Of a stretch of 40,186 nucleotides of DNA, positions 1-8,173 are shown in pieces. The notes under the pieces are model-generated. The model did no database searches. It was not told the DNA's origin and was given only the letters and a program-made list of their open reading frames with translations. The DNA lies in the IMG/VR virus record IMGVR_UViG_2728369554_000009, positions 1-40,186 of that record; one strand, 5' to 3'. Positions within the stretch are counted from its first letter, which is position 1. Each line of letters begins with the position of its first letter. The DNA is from a virus (lineage: Duplodnaviria > Heunggongvirae > Uroviricota > Caudoviricetes). The position numbers and the translations under genes are program-made.

Positions 1-1251
1 GTGCTTACCGATACAAAATTAAAAAACCTCAAGCCGCAGGACAAACTGTACAAGGTCTCCGATCGTGACGGGCTGTATGTAGCTGTGCTTACGTCAGGCA
101 CGGTCTCGTTTCGCTATGACTACCGTATCAACGGTCGCCGCGAAACACTGGTAATCGGGCAGTATGGGCGTGACGGTATCAGCCTGGCAGAAGCGCGAGA
201 AGAACTGATTGCTGCAAAGAAGCTGCTTAAAGCAGGCCAGTCACCGGCTGCGGCTAAACGTGACGGTATCAAAAAGATTCGTGGTGCCGAGACGTTTGCG
301 GTACATACCGACAGTTATATGAAACACGTCATCCTGGCTGACAGTACCCGCGCAATGAAGCAGGCGGTGATCGACCGTGACATACTTCCTGTTCTTGGTA
401 ACAAAATGATGGCTGAAATTACCACATCGATGGTTCGTGATTTGTGTGACCGGATTGTCGAACGCGGTGGCCGGGCAACAGCAGTGCAGGCCAGGGAGAT
501 CATCAGTAGCGTATACCGTCACGCCAATGACCGTGGTCATGGTTTGTTTAATCCTGCGGCTGACATTAAACCTTCGTCTATCGCCATATTTAAACCACGA
601 GAGCGAACACTGACACCAGAAGAAATTGGCCTGTTCTTCCGCACGCTGGATGCCATTGGTGCTATGGGCACTATGAAAATGGCTTTAAAACTGGTGCTTA
701 TCACTATGGTTCGTAAGGGCGAATTCACCAATGCAACGTGGGATGAAATAGATTTTAAAAAATGGACATGGACAATTCCTCCAGACCGCATGAAGGGAAG
801 CCGGGCGCACGTTATTTACCTGCCTAAACAGGCACAGGATATATTGGTCGGGTTGCAGATGTGCGCTGGTGGAAGTGAATATCTGGTTCCTGGTCGTTAC
901 AATTTCCGGAAGCCATTATCTAATGCCGCGCTGAACTCTCTGATCGACAGAACGGTGAAAATAATAAATGAAGATGGTGAGCATATTCAGGGCTTCACCG
1001 TACACGATATGCGCCGTACAGCCAGTACGTTGTTGCATGAGGCTGGTTATCCTTCAGACTGGATTGAAAAGGCTCTGGCACATGAGCAGAAAGGTGTGCG
1101 CGCCGTATATAACAAAGCGGAATACGCCAGACAGCGCGCCTACATGTTGCAGCAGTGGGCCGATATGATTGATTCATGGATTGACGGGGAGCATACGGAT
1201 CTGATTCCGTTCTCCCCGTCGAAGTTTGAGAAGTGGATGGCGGGGGAATAA
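1..1251 (+). CDS. int: Tyrosine integrase, P4-like, with a DUF4102-type N-terminal arm-binding domain
   Basis: 416-aa ORF from GTG. The N-terminus LKNLKPQDKLYKVSDRDGLYVAVLTSGTVSFRYDYR is typical of P4-family integrases. Catalytic-type motifs are VRKGEF, HDMRRTASTLLHEAG and LAHEQKGVRAVYNKAEY. Confidence 0.9.
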   Translation: MLTDTKLKNLKPQDKLYKVSDRDGLYVAVLTSGTVSFRYDYRINGRRETLVIGQYGRDGISLAEAREELIAAKKLLKAGQSPAAAKRDGIKKIRGAETFAVHTDSYMKHVILADSTRAMKQAVIDRDILPVLGNKMMAEITTSMVRDLCDRIVERGGRATAVQAREIISSVYRHANDRGHGLFNPAADIKPSSIAIFKPRERTLTPEEIGLFFRTLDAIGAMGTMKMALKLVLITMVRKGEFTNATWDEIDFKKWTWTIPPDRMKGSRAHVIYLPKQAQDILVGLQMCAGGSEYLVPGRYNFRKPLSNAALNSLIDRTVKIINEDGEHIQGFTVHDMRRTASTLLHEAGYPSDWIEKALAHEQKGVRAVYNKAEYARQRAYMLQQWADMIDSWIDGEHTDLIPFSPSKFEKWMAGE

Positions 1252-1254
1252 CGT

Positions 1255-1449
1255 TTAATAGTTCTGCTGATTTTCTTCCATCTCTGCTTCTGCTGCCAGT
1301 GATTCAATTTTGTTTTCGAATATTGCTGACAGTGTTGCAAATTCAGCATCAGTGACAGCGGGAATTGGAACAAACCTGATCCCGCTGTGTGCAAGCATGT
1401 TTGCAGTTTCAAGGCATTTTCTTAAATCTGCTGGTGATGCCCTGTTCAT
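1255..1449 (-). CDS. Small hypothetical protein (64 aa) with an acidic C-terminal tail
   Basis: Internal start MNRASPADLRK. Its ATG overlaps the methylase stop as ATGA, which suggests translational coupling. The longer 104-aa version would overlap the methylase gene. Confidence 0.5.
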   Translation of the reverse strand: MNRASPADLRKCLETANMLAHSGIRFVPIPAVTDAEFATLSAIFENKIESLAAEAEMEENQQNY

Positions 1450-2096
1450 GCAGCACGCTCCCGCCCCTGGATGTCTGTTGGTGACAGCGGAGCATTGCTG
1501 AATGCATTTGTTAATCCGCCAATATCCAACGCGTATCCAGGGTGTAGTTGCACTGCCGGGTCTTCGCACTGATTACCCCAAACATCGAAGCCATGAGACG
1601 TCTGGCGGGCGAACAGTTCAATGCGAGAAACATCGCCTAATAATTGCACAAGTTTTTCACGAACGATATCTGGCTTTCTTGAATGCTCAAGCCGCGGTGC
1701 GGTAAATGACTGAACGATCCCTGCATTAATGCGCGTAGGTAGTTTTCCCTTTACCGCAAACAGGCAATCTTCACTATTGGCGCGAGTCATGTGTCCCATA
1801 CCCATAACCAGTTTATCTGGTTGTCGACTACCACATTTTATCCACGTGAAGCCCTTCATCGTCATCAGACGAAATCCCCAGGCTTCAACAACTTTTAGTG
1901 CTTCGAGTGGTTGTGTTGGCACCCACCACATGGCCAACAGACAGTTTTCAGCGGTCAAATCCCACACAGGAAGGCGGCAGATATCCAGCACACTCATAAC
2001 TGGATATTTAAAACCGGCACCGCGATTACCATCTGCGGCTTTGTCCCGGTATACCCAGGGTGGATCTGCATAGATTAGTGTGTATTTCTTAGTCAT
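1446..2096 (-). CDS. N6-adenine DNA methyltransferase, MT-A70-like, with no restriction partner
   Basis: MTKKYTLIYADPPWVY carries the DPPW catalytic motif. Size and layout resemble phage orphan methylases. The start was moved to the ATG at 2096. Confidence 0.8.
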   Translation of the reverse strand: MTKKYTLIYADPPWVYRDKAADGNRGAGFKYPVMSVLDICRLPVWDLTAENCLLAMWWVPTQPLEALKVVEAWGFRLMTMKGFTWIKCGSRQPDKLVMGMGHMTRANSEDCLFAVKGKLPTRINAGIVQSFTAPRLEHSRKPDIVREKLVQLLGDVSRIELFARQTSHGFDVWGNQCEDPAVQLHPGYALDIGGLTNAFSNAPLSPTDIQGRERAA

Positions 2097-2355
2097 AAAC
2101 CACCCCACAACATCCTATGCCGCTATAGTCGCCACGGCGAAGGCCGTTACCTTTTGTGATACATTGGTCCCTGCGAACCGCGATCCTTGCACGTTCAACA
2201 TCACCAGAAGCAACATCCATACACTGAAGCCAAAGGTGAGCGGCAATGCGGAACTGCCCTTTTTTCTCTCTTTCAATCGCGCGTTTTTCGATCTCTATCG
2301 CCGCAGGAGTAACGGCGACAATCTTTGACGGACTGCGCATTGAAACCTTATTCAT
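2089..2355 (-). CDS. Small regulator-like protein, PerC/ANR-like
   Basis: 88 aa from MNKVSMRSP. The segment EREKKGQFRIAAHLWLQCMD resembles the helix motif I remember from PerC/ANR-type small regulators. This is recollection only. Confidence 0.4.
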   Translation of the reverse strand: MNKVSMRSPSKIVAVTPAAIEIEKRAIEREKKGQFRIAAHLWLQCMDVASGDVERARIAVRRDQCITKGNGLRRGDYSGIGCCGVVYD

Positions 2356-2384
2356 GTGGTATTTTTCAAGTCGGCTTAACTTTC

Positions 2385-2501
2385 TCACTTAATCCAACCC
2401 TCTCTGAAAATTAATGCCAGCAGATAAAGCCATGCTGAAACAGAGGCCAGGAATAAGTACCATCCTGACCATTTGATCCAGTGCCTTAGCAGCGCACTCA
2501 T
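2385..2501 (-). CDS. 38-aa hydrophobic micro-protein (MSALLRHWIKWSGWYLFLASVSAWLYLLALIFREGWIK)
   Basis: Below the ORF-track cutoff. Its ATG overlaps the xis stop as ATGA. It has one predicted transmembrane helix. Confidence 0.35.
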   Translation of the reverse strand: MSALLRHWIKWSGWYLFLASVSAWLYLLALIFREGWIK

Positions 2502-2746
2502 GCAGCGTTGCTCACGGGACGATATACACGTTGCTGAACAGGAGGTTTTTTACCCTGGAACTCTGCCGGGCTTGCTGCCTGACGTTCATCAAGCCAACGC
2601 TCAACTTCGTCACGGTTCCATGCGCAGCGTTTATCGGTGATATACCAGCGTTTAGGAAATTCCCCTGCGCGCTCCATACGGTCGATAGTGCTCCATGACA
2701 GTGGCACCACCGCCAGGAGTTCCTTCTTACCTAATGCACCTTTCAT
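2498..2746 (-). CDS. xis: Excisionase or transcriptional regulator, AlpA family
   Basis: 82 aa. LLAVVPLSWSTIDRMERAGEFPKRWYITDKRCAWNRDEVERWL is the AlpA/HTH_17 pattern. Confidence 0.75.
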   Translation of the reverse strand: MKGALGKKELLAVVPLSWSTIDRMERAGEFPKRWYITDKRCAWNRDEVERWLDERQAASPAEFQGKKPPVQQRVYRPVSNAA

Positions 2747-2795
2747 AAATACCTCTCTTGGTTGCAGTGCGGCGCGCGTGGCGCCGCGGTGGTGG

Positions 2796-3677
2796 TTACA
2801 TAGATGTTTCGTTTAATTCTTCCCGACGAACGCTGTAAACGTCGGTGGCTTTTGCCAGCAGTTCGTCATCATCTGAAAGTTTTTGTGCAATGTATTTGTA
2901 AGCCTTATCCAGTTCGGAGACAGTGCTGTAATTCATCGCTGCGCTGGTAAAGGCCATCAGCATTTCTTCTGGATCACGGCTATCCGCTTTACGAGTTTGC
3001 TCATCAGGCTTTTTCACTGGTTTAGCGTTGATCAGACTGTTCATTCCCGCAGCAGTAGTTGTTTGCGGAGTAATGTCTCGCTCAACGCGCGGTGCCGTTT
3101 CCTGTAATTCGTCAGGGGTGTAAACACCGAGAAGCACATCAGGAGCGTGCAGGCGAGCCCATCGTTTCGTGCAAAGATAGGCAAGCTGCTGGCGCGGATC
3201 CTGTTCCCACAATGGAGAGTTACGCACTCCGGCTTGCGCCATACTGATGGTAAGCTCACGGGGTTCTGTTTCACCTTTAAGAACTGCTGACACAGTTACC
3301 GTCAGATTCGGTGATTTATCTGTTTTGCCGTTAACATTCGACCAGTCACCGCTCCAGCGATAATTCAGGCGTGTCGCCAGCAGGCTGGAAGAGGATACGA
3401 CCGCGTTTACCAACTGTGCTTCGTAGCCTAACGTTCCGTTTACCACATGCGTTTTCTGCGCCACGGCGAAAGGGTTCATTCCCCACTGTGCCGCCTGCAT
3501 AGTCACCGCCAGGCAATCGGCAGGTTTGCCTTCAAGATGTTTCGGTACAGTCGCTTTGCTTTGTGACATCAACTCCGCGAAACGCACCAGTTGATTCATG
3601 CCCTCGGGGCTGAAGATTGCCGCAGCAGTGCCTACAGTTGCGCCTGGTTGTGATGTGATTGCGATATCATTGCTCAT
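2796..3677 (-). CDS. recT: RecT/Red-beta superfamily single-strand annealing protein
   Basis: 293 aa. The core CLAVTMQAAQWGMNPFAVAQKTHVVNGTLGYEAQL resembles RecT/Bet cores. It is coupled to the upstream exonuclease gene by a 4-nt overlap. Confidence 0.8.
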   Translation of the reverse strand: MSNDIAITSQPGATVGTAAAIFSPEGMNQLVRFAELMSQSKATVPKHLEGKPADCLAVTMQAAQWGMNPFAVAQKTHVVNGTLGYEAQLVNAVVSSSSLLATRLNYRWSGDWSNVNGKTDKSPNLTVTVSAVLKGETEPRELTISMAQAGVRNSPLWEQDPRQQLAYLCTKRWARLHAPDVLLGVYTPDELQETAPRVERDITPQTTTAAGMNSLINAKPVKKPDEQTRKADSRDPEEMLMAFTSAAMNYSTVSELDKAYKYIAQKLSDDDELLAKATDVYSVRREELNETSM

Positions 3678-4495
3678 ACATACATATCCTGTTTACGTGC
3701 CCAGTCAGGGCGTTTAATAATTTCCACGCCGCCCCATTCATCATTTATGCGGCATTCGTGATAGGTATTCAGATCCCGGCGGAACAGAGCGTGCCCGGCA
3801 TCGACATCCGGCGCATCCAACTCGAACACGCGTACCGGATACCGACCACAATCAATGCTTTCGCTCACGGCAAGAAAGAAAAAACCATGCGGTTGACCAG
3901 TAACCCTCGTTGCGCCTTCGCGGTACATTGCGTCCTGCACGTGGTAGCGGAATTCCTCGATGTGGCGTGCAAAACGGTCCATATCTGCAACCTTTTTCAC
4001 GTCGACGATCACGTTGTGCTCGTTCAGCCATTTGTCTGGACGAATTCGGCACAACTCACCCGTCTCTTCATCGTTCCAGTACATTGATGCTTCGCAGTAA
4101 CCAGGTGCTTCCAACATCCAGCGTGCCGCCGGATGAGCCATTGCGCTATCACGCATGAGCTCAAGTTTTCGCCACTGCTCGACATCAAGTACCGTAATAC
4201 CCATATCCGCCACATCACGAAGAAATGCTTCTTCGTCAGCTTTACCTTGTTTTGTCCGACGATCGAATTTCGGTGACACGATGAAGCGTTTGTCGAATTC
4301 TCCAGGTTCCAGAAGCAGGCAGTGCAATGCGGTTCCCATATCCAATGCAGACTTTTTCTCTTCGTCTTCTGGTGCTGCCTGAACCCATTTAAGAAGCGCC
4401 GGATTCTTGGCAACCATGTCCAGTTGCGACTTACTCACGCCGTCACCTGCGTGGTAGTCTTCGTTGCTGATGCCGAAATAAATTCCCGGTTTCAT
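3674..4495 (-). CDS. RecE-type (exonuclease VIII C-terminal domain) PD-(D/E)XK exonuclease
   Basis: 273 aa. It has GIYFGISNEDYHAGDGVSKSQLD at the N-terminus and the RPDKW...IVDVKK nuclease motif. It is paired with the RecT gene. Confidence 0.8.
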   Translation of the reverse strand: MKPGIYFGISNEDYHAGDGVSKSQLDMVAKNPALLKWVQAAPEDEEKKSALDMGTALHCLLLEPGEFDKRFIVSPKFDRRTKQGKADEEAFLRDVADMGITVLDVEQWRKLELMRDSAMAHPAARWMLEAPGYCEASMYWNDEETGELCRIRPDKWLNEHNVIVDVKKVADMDRFARHIEEFRYHVQDAMYREGATRVTGQPHGFFFLAVSESIDCGRYPVRVFELDAPDVDAGHALFRRDLNTYHECRINDEWGGVEIIKRPDWARKQDMYV

Positions 4496-4791
4496 GCCGC
4501 GTCCTTCTGTCCATCAAGCTGATCCGCCAGATCCCAGCGGGCGATAATTGCCATTGCCTCTCGCCGATAGGCATCCATCAGTTCTTCGAACTCAGGGCTG
4601 TCTTTAGCAGCCTCCAGTACTTCCTGACGAACGCCTTTGCCTGTTACAACGTCGAAAGTTGATGACAGTTGATGAAGTCGGATGCTCTCAATCAGTTCAA
4701 CTTGTCGGTCATATAGCTGTTCTGACAGGTGGTAGTCCTTGTCGAATGCCTGCATGATTTTTTGAAGATTTTTCTGCTGATTAACGTTCAT
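4492..4791 (-). CDS. Hypothetical early protein (99 aa)
   Basis: The start MNVNQQKN sits 2 nt after the stop of the upstream small ORF. It overlaps the exonuclease start. No motif recognised. Confidence 0.55.
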   Translation of the reverse strand: MNVNQQKNLQKIMQAFDKDYHLSEQLYDRQVELIESIRLHQLSSTFDVVTGKGVRQEVLEAAKDSPEFEELMDAYRREAMAIIARWDLADQLDGQKDAA

Positions 4792-4793
4792 TA

Positions 4794-4946
4794 TCAGCCC
4801 TCCCATATCTCGTTATCGTTGGCCACATCGCGAGCTTCTTTGCTGACGAAAGCCCACTTAATGCCTTCCTGTAAGGTGCGGAACTTCCAGCTCATGAATC
4901 CGCATGCAGTAACGCAGTACCAACCGTTGATGATTTTCCACTGCAT
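4794..4946 (-). CDS. Hypothetical 50-aa early protein (MQWKIINGWYCVTACGF...)
   Basis: Not in the ORF track because it is under 60 aa. A GAGG Shine-Dalgarno lies 9 nt upstream. It is the first gene downstream of the OL-type operators. Confidence 0.4.
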   Translation of the reverse strand: MQWKIINGWYCVTACGFMSWKFRTLQEGIKWAFVSKEARDVANDNEIWEG

Positions 4947-4965
4947 AATTTGTTACCTCGGTCTG

Positions 4966-5042
4966 TTACCGTTGAGGTAATGATTATGCGTATCTGGTTT
5001 GATGTCAATAGATATGAGTTAAAAAAATTACCCATAAGGTAA
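4966..5042. promoter_or_regulatory. Leftward early control region with two TTACC-N5-GGTAA operators (4966-4980 and 5028-5042)
   Basis: Perfect palindromes ttaccgttgaggtaa and ttacccataaggtaa lie just upstream of the leftward operon. Confidence 0.6.
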
Positions 5043-5053
5043 TCTTGCTGGCA

Positions 5054-5078
5054 ATAAAAAAGCCGCCATGAGGCGGCT
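5054..5078 (-). terminator. Intrinsic terminator downstream of the repressor gene
   Basis: Minus-strand hairpin agccgcc/ggcggct followed by a T-run (an A-run at 5055-5060 on the plus strand). Confidence 0.7.
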
Positions 5079-5099
5079 TACTTACTGAAAAATATGATT

Positions 5100-5684
5100 T
5101 TATTGTTTGTTTTTTTCGTTCTGGCTGATGACAAATTCAATGTAACTTTCGATCTTTGCCTTCTCTGTTTCGGGTAACAATGCGTAGCGCGAGCGGTCAT
5201 AGTTGATAGTCGCAGGGTCGTGCGGGTGAATCAGTAATTCATAGCCGTGACGCCCGAATGCGGATGCAACATTCTCCAGGGTGGAAATGGAAACGCTGAC
5301 CTCATTGTTTAACAGGCGGCTGATTGTCACCTGGGCGACGCCGGATGCGCGGTGAAGTTTTCCCTGTGTTGAAAGGTAGCGGCTTTCGCTCATCCAGCGT
5401 TCCAGGTTGTGAGCCGCCAGCTGACCAATGTCGCTTGGGCCGACAGGCTGAAAACCTTCCTGAGAAAGCGAGCGATCGATATCAAGCCAGTTACGGGGTT
5501 TATTGGCGGCAGCTTCAATTTTTCGCGCAACCTGGTCGCCGATAACCTTCTTGCCAAGAGCCCAGCGGTTTACCAGATTTGCCTGAGTTCCAAGTTTTTC
5601 TGCCATCCGCGTCTGAACACCATTGAATTCACGGTCGATCAAGTCGTTGAGATTTTGCCTGCGGACGTCCTGGATACTTTTCAT
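5100..5684 (-). CDS. Prophage repressor with two HTH domains and no S24/LexA-like cleavage domain
   Basis: 194 aa. There are two XRE-type HTH segments (TRMAEKLGTQANLVNRWALGKK and LHRASGVAQVTISRLLNN). It is divergent from the Cro-like gene across a three-operator region. No Ala-Gly/Ser-Lys autocleavage module is visible. Confidence 0.75.
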   Translation of the reverse strand: MKSIQDVRRQNLNDLIDREFNGVQTRMAEKLGTQANLVNRWALGKKVIGDQVARKIEAAANKPRNWLDIDRSLSQEGFQPVGPSDIGQLAAHNLERWMSESRYLSTQGKLHRASGVAQVTISRLLNNEVSVSISTLENVASAFGRHGYELLIHPHDPATINYDRSRYALLPETEKAKIESYIEFVISQNEKNKQ

Positions 5685-5739
5685 TTTCTGGAAAATCGCC
5701 TCATATATGAATCAGTAGATGATTCAATTTAAAGCAATA

Positions 5740-5802
5740 TTACCCAACAGGTAAATGCACCTCATAGGTAACTATCCTTGATTTTTGTTACCTTATGGGT
5801 GA
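5740..5802. promoter_or_regulatory. OR-type tripartite operator between the repressor and Cro-like genes
   Basis: The three sites are 5740-5754 ttacccaacaggtaa (perfect), 5757-5771 gcacctcataggtaa and 5788-5802 ttaccttatgggtga (imperfect). A candidate rightward promoter has TTGATT (5778-5783), a 17-nt spacer and GAATAT (5801-5806). Confidence 0.65.
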
Positions 5803-5838
5803 ATATTTATTATCTGAAATAAATATCAGGCAATAGCT

Positions 5839-6069
5839 ATGAGCGATAACGGACATTTCGATTTCAAAAAGCACTGGCTTGCACTTACTCCGGATGAGCG
5901 TGAAGCCTTCGCACAGGAAGCCGGAACGACGAGTCACTATATCCAGACTCACTTAACAGGTAAGCGAAAAATGCCAGGTAAAGTATTGATGAATGGGCTT
6001 TTTAAAGCCTGTAAAACAAGACAATGGCTGCGCTCAAAAGCAGAACTGGCATACTTCTTCTACTCATGA
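5839..6069 (+). CDS. Cro-like small HTH regulator
   Basis: 76 aa. It is the first rightward gene after the operators. EAGTTSHYIQTHLTGKRKM resembles an HTH. Confidence 0.6.
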   Translation: MSDNGHFDFKKHWLALTPDEREAFAQEAGTTSHYIQTHLTGKRKMPGKVLMNGLFKACKTRQWLRSKAELAYFFYS

Positions 6070-6090
6070 TATCCAGCTACAACCCTCTGT

Positions 6091-6114
6091 AGACCGCCAC
6101 CCGGCGGTCTTTTC
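6091..6114 (+). terminator. Intrinsic terminator after the Cro-like gene
   Basis: Hairpin agaccgcc-accc-ggcggtct followed by tttt. Confidence 0.7.
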
Positions 6115-6124
6115 ATATCTATTC

Positions 6125-6139
6125 GTACCTCAAAGGTAA
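6125..6139. promoter_or_regulatory. Near-consensus operator (gtacctcaaaggtaa) ahead of the replication genes
   Basis: One mismatch to TTACC-N5-GGTAA. It lies directly after the terminator. Confidence 0.45.
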
Positions 6140-6218
6140 TAAAAAACCAAATCTGGTTGATCTTTTTTTGTGTCAGCACAAAATAACCGTAATCCCAATA
6201 CTAATAACAGGGCTTACC

Positions 6219-6419
6219 ATGGAAATCATTACACGTATTGATGCCGCAAAGCGCGGACTTAAACGCTACTACACCGGAAAACCATGTAAGCACGGACATG
6301 ACAGTGAACGCTGGGTTTACAACGGACACTGTGTTGAGTGCACCATGGAATCAAACCGTCGCATCAGGGCAGAGATTAAGCAGATCATGATTAATTCCAC
6401 CCCACAACATTCAAGCTGA
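6219..6419 (+). CDS. Small zinc-ribbon-like protein (66 aa)
   Basis: The start MEIITRIDAAKRG was chosen over the upstream TTG-type extension. Cysteine and histidine cluster: CKHGHDSERWVYNGHCVEC. Confidence 0.5.
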   Translation: MEIITRIDAAKRGLKRYYTGKPCKHGHDSERWVYNGHCVECTMESNRRIRAEIKQIMINSTPQHSS

Positions 6420-6434
6420 TAGCGGAGATTAATC

Positions 6435-7274
6435 ATGAGCAGACATGCAACAGATTGGGCCTGGGAGACAGATCCAGGTAGCTCGTCATTAAAGCTCATA
6501 CTGCTCTCGATGGCTGACAGAGCCGATGAATATAACCTCTGCTACCCCAGCATAGAACGCCTCGTTAAAGACACTTGCCTGAATAAAAAAACCGTGCAGG
6601 CCGGGCTTATATCACTCATGAAAATGGGGCTTATTTCAGATACCGGAGAGAGAAAGGGAGCGACGAAAAGAGTGCGGGTTTTCTCTCTTAATATAACCAA
6701 AAACGGGAACATTAAAGGCAACCGGGAAGGGGGTAATGAACCCGAAAACGGTAATGTTACCGAAAACGGGAATATACCCAAAAACGGGATGTTGAATGAT
6801 CCCAAAAACGGGATGTTGAATGATCCCAAAAACGGGATGTTGAATGATCCCAAAAACGGGATCCAGAACCAGTCATATAACCAGTCATTTAACCAAGAGA
6901 GGGAGAGCAGGACAAAAAGCGGGGATTCTGTGCCTAATGACCCCGGCGCAAACAACGCCGTGATGAATAACTTTGTTCCTCCTGGTGGGCCAGGGCAATT
7001 AGGCAAATTTGTCATGCATGAACAATGGCAACCATCAGATGACTTTCTTCGGAAAAGCTCATTGCAGGGGATCTACCTGGACAGTCTGCCAACGGCACAG
7101 GAACTTGCAGAGTTCAGAATTTACTGGATGGCTGAGGGTAAGGCATACCATCAGGCACAGTGGGAGCAGAAGCTGGCAAGGCGGCTGCAGATTAGCAGAC
7201 AGAAGCAATCAACATTACCTGATAACAACGTTCCGCACTGGAACAGCCCTGAAGCATGGGAGGATTTCTTGTGA
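6435..7274 (+). CDS. Replication initiator, O-like (N-terminal winged HTH, C-terminal DnaT-like region)
   Basis: 279 aa. Its N-terminus WAWETD...LKLILLSMADRADEYNLCYPSIERL is typical of phage replication HTH proteins. The iteron array is embedded in the gene, as in lambda O. Confidence 0.75.
   Translation: MSRHATDWAWETDPGSSSLKLILLSMADRADEYNLCYPSIERLVKDTCLNKKTVQAGLISLMKMGLISDTGERKGATKRVRVFSLNITKNGNIKGNREGGNEPENGNVTENGNIPKNGMLNDPKNGMLNDPKNGMLNDPKNGIQNQSYNQSFNQERESRTKSGDSVPNDPGANNAVMNNFVPPGGPGQLGKFVMHEQWQPSDDFLRKSSLQGIYLDSLPTAQELAEFRIYWMAEGKAYHQAQWEQKLARRLQISRQKQSTLPDNNVPHWNSPEAWEDFL
6697..6862. repeat. Origin-type iteron array
   Basis: About 7 copies of the core CC(A/C/G)AAAACGG(G/T)A. These include three perfect 24-bp tandem units cccaaaaacgggatgttgaatgat (6777-6848) plus a partial fourth. 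A short aaccagtcat duplication follows. Confidence 0.7.
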
Positions 7275-8056
7275 ACAACGTTTTTACCGCGATACAAAAC
7301 CGTGACGGAGAAGCCCTTTCTCGCATGTCAGGTTATGAGCATCAGTACGTCAACAATGACAATGTGGTGAACATGTCAGCAGAGAGGCTTGTTGATGCCC
7401 TTTTCAAACAGCTGAAACAACTGTTTCCGGCGGCAGTGGTAACCAACCTGAAGACGCCAGAGCAGGAAGTTGCTGCAAAACAGCAGTGGATTGCTGCGTT
7501 TGCCGAAGGTGGGATCCGAACCCGTGAACAGGTTTCTGCTGGTATGCGCCACGCTCGCGCCAGTGAGTCTCCGTTCTGGCCGTCGCCAGGGCAATTCATC
7601 AAGTGGTGTAAAGACAGCAAGATGGTTCTTGGCGTCACCATTGACGATGTGATGGCGGAGTTTCACCGGTACAGCAAGGAAAAAAGTTTATATCCTGGTG
7701 GTCCCGAAAGATTCCCGTGGCGGCATCCGGTTATGTACTGGGTCGTATGTGATACCCGCCGTGCAATGTATCAGCGCCAGCTTAGCGAGATTGAGGTTGA
7801 GAAACACGCGCGCAGGTTGCTCGATGATTGGGCGAAAAAGGTGGCTTCCGGACAGCAGATACCCGATCCGGTGATCAGCATACAGGCAAAGCCAGAACCC
7901 ATGAGTACACCTCCGGACACAGGGAGAGACGTTTACCATCCACCAGGGCGAAGTTTCGGGTGCATGCCTAACGCCGCCACCCTGGGGGGAATAACACCGG
8001 CGCAGTGGCTGATGGAGGAATACAGGCGAGGAAAGGCAGCAGGATTTATCAAGTAA
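7271..8056 (+). CDS. Replication protein P-like helicase loader
   Basis: The GTG at 7271 overlaps the upstream stop (GTGA), with GGGAGGA as the Shine-Dalgarno. QQWIAAFAEGGIRTREQVSAGMRHARASESPFWPSPGQFIKWC parallels the lambda P segment RRQWVLAFRENGITTMEQVNAGMRVARRQNRPFLPSPGQFVAWC as I recall it. Confidence 0.75.
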   Translation: MNNVFTAIQNRDGEALSRMSGYEHQYVNNDNVVNMSAERLVDALFKQLKQLFPAAVVTNLKTPEQEVAAKQQWIAAFAEGGIRTREQVSAGMRHARASESPFWPSPGQFIKWCKDSKMVLGVTIDDVMAEFHRYSKEKSLYPGGPERFPWRHPVMYWVVCDTRRAMYQRQLSEIEVEKHARRLLDDWAKKVASGQQIPDPVISIQAKPEPMSTPPDTGRDVYHPPGRSFGCMPNAATLGGITPAQWLMEEYRRGKAAGFIK

Positions 8057-8093
8057 TACCAGCGCGATAGCGCATTTTTTTACGCCTCAATAG

Positions 8094-8170
8094 TTACCCA
8101 ATGGGTAACAAAATGTTCTTAGATCTATTGATTTCGTGTCTTATGTGGTTTTTAATTACCTTAGAGGTAA
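8094..8170 (+). promoter_or_regulatory. Promoter region bracketed by two perfect operators (8094-8108 and 8156-8170)
   Basis: Sites are ttacccaatgggtaa and ttaccttagaggtaa. A candidate promoter has -35 TTGATT, a 17-nt spacer and -10 TTTAAT. The second operator covers the Shine-Dalgarno (gagg) of the next gene. Confidence 0.55.
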
Positions 8171-8173
8171 ATC

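Noticed and set aside
2769-2789. GC-rich hairpin gcggcgc-gcgtg-gcgccgc between recT and xis, as a terminator
   Set aside because: There is no U-run on either strand and it sits inside a tightly coupled operon. It is more likely an mRNA stability or processing element, and the evidence is too thin to call.
6777-6862. Possible CRISPR-like array
   Set aside because: The 24-bp units are strictly tandem with no spacers and lie inside a coding frame. They are origin iterons.
6542-7015. 157-aa minus-strand ORF with FLGSFNIP repeats
   Set aside because: It is the antisense shadow of the iteron array inside the O-like gene. Its repeat structure simply mirrors the DNA repeats.
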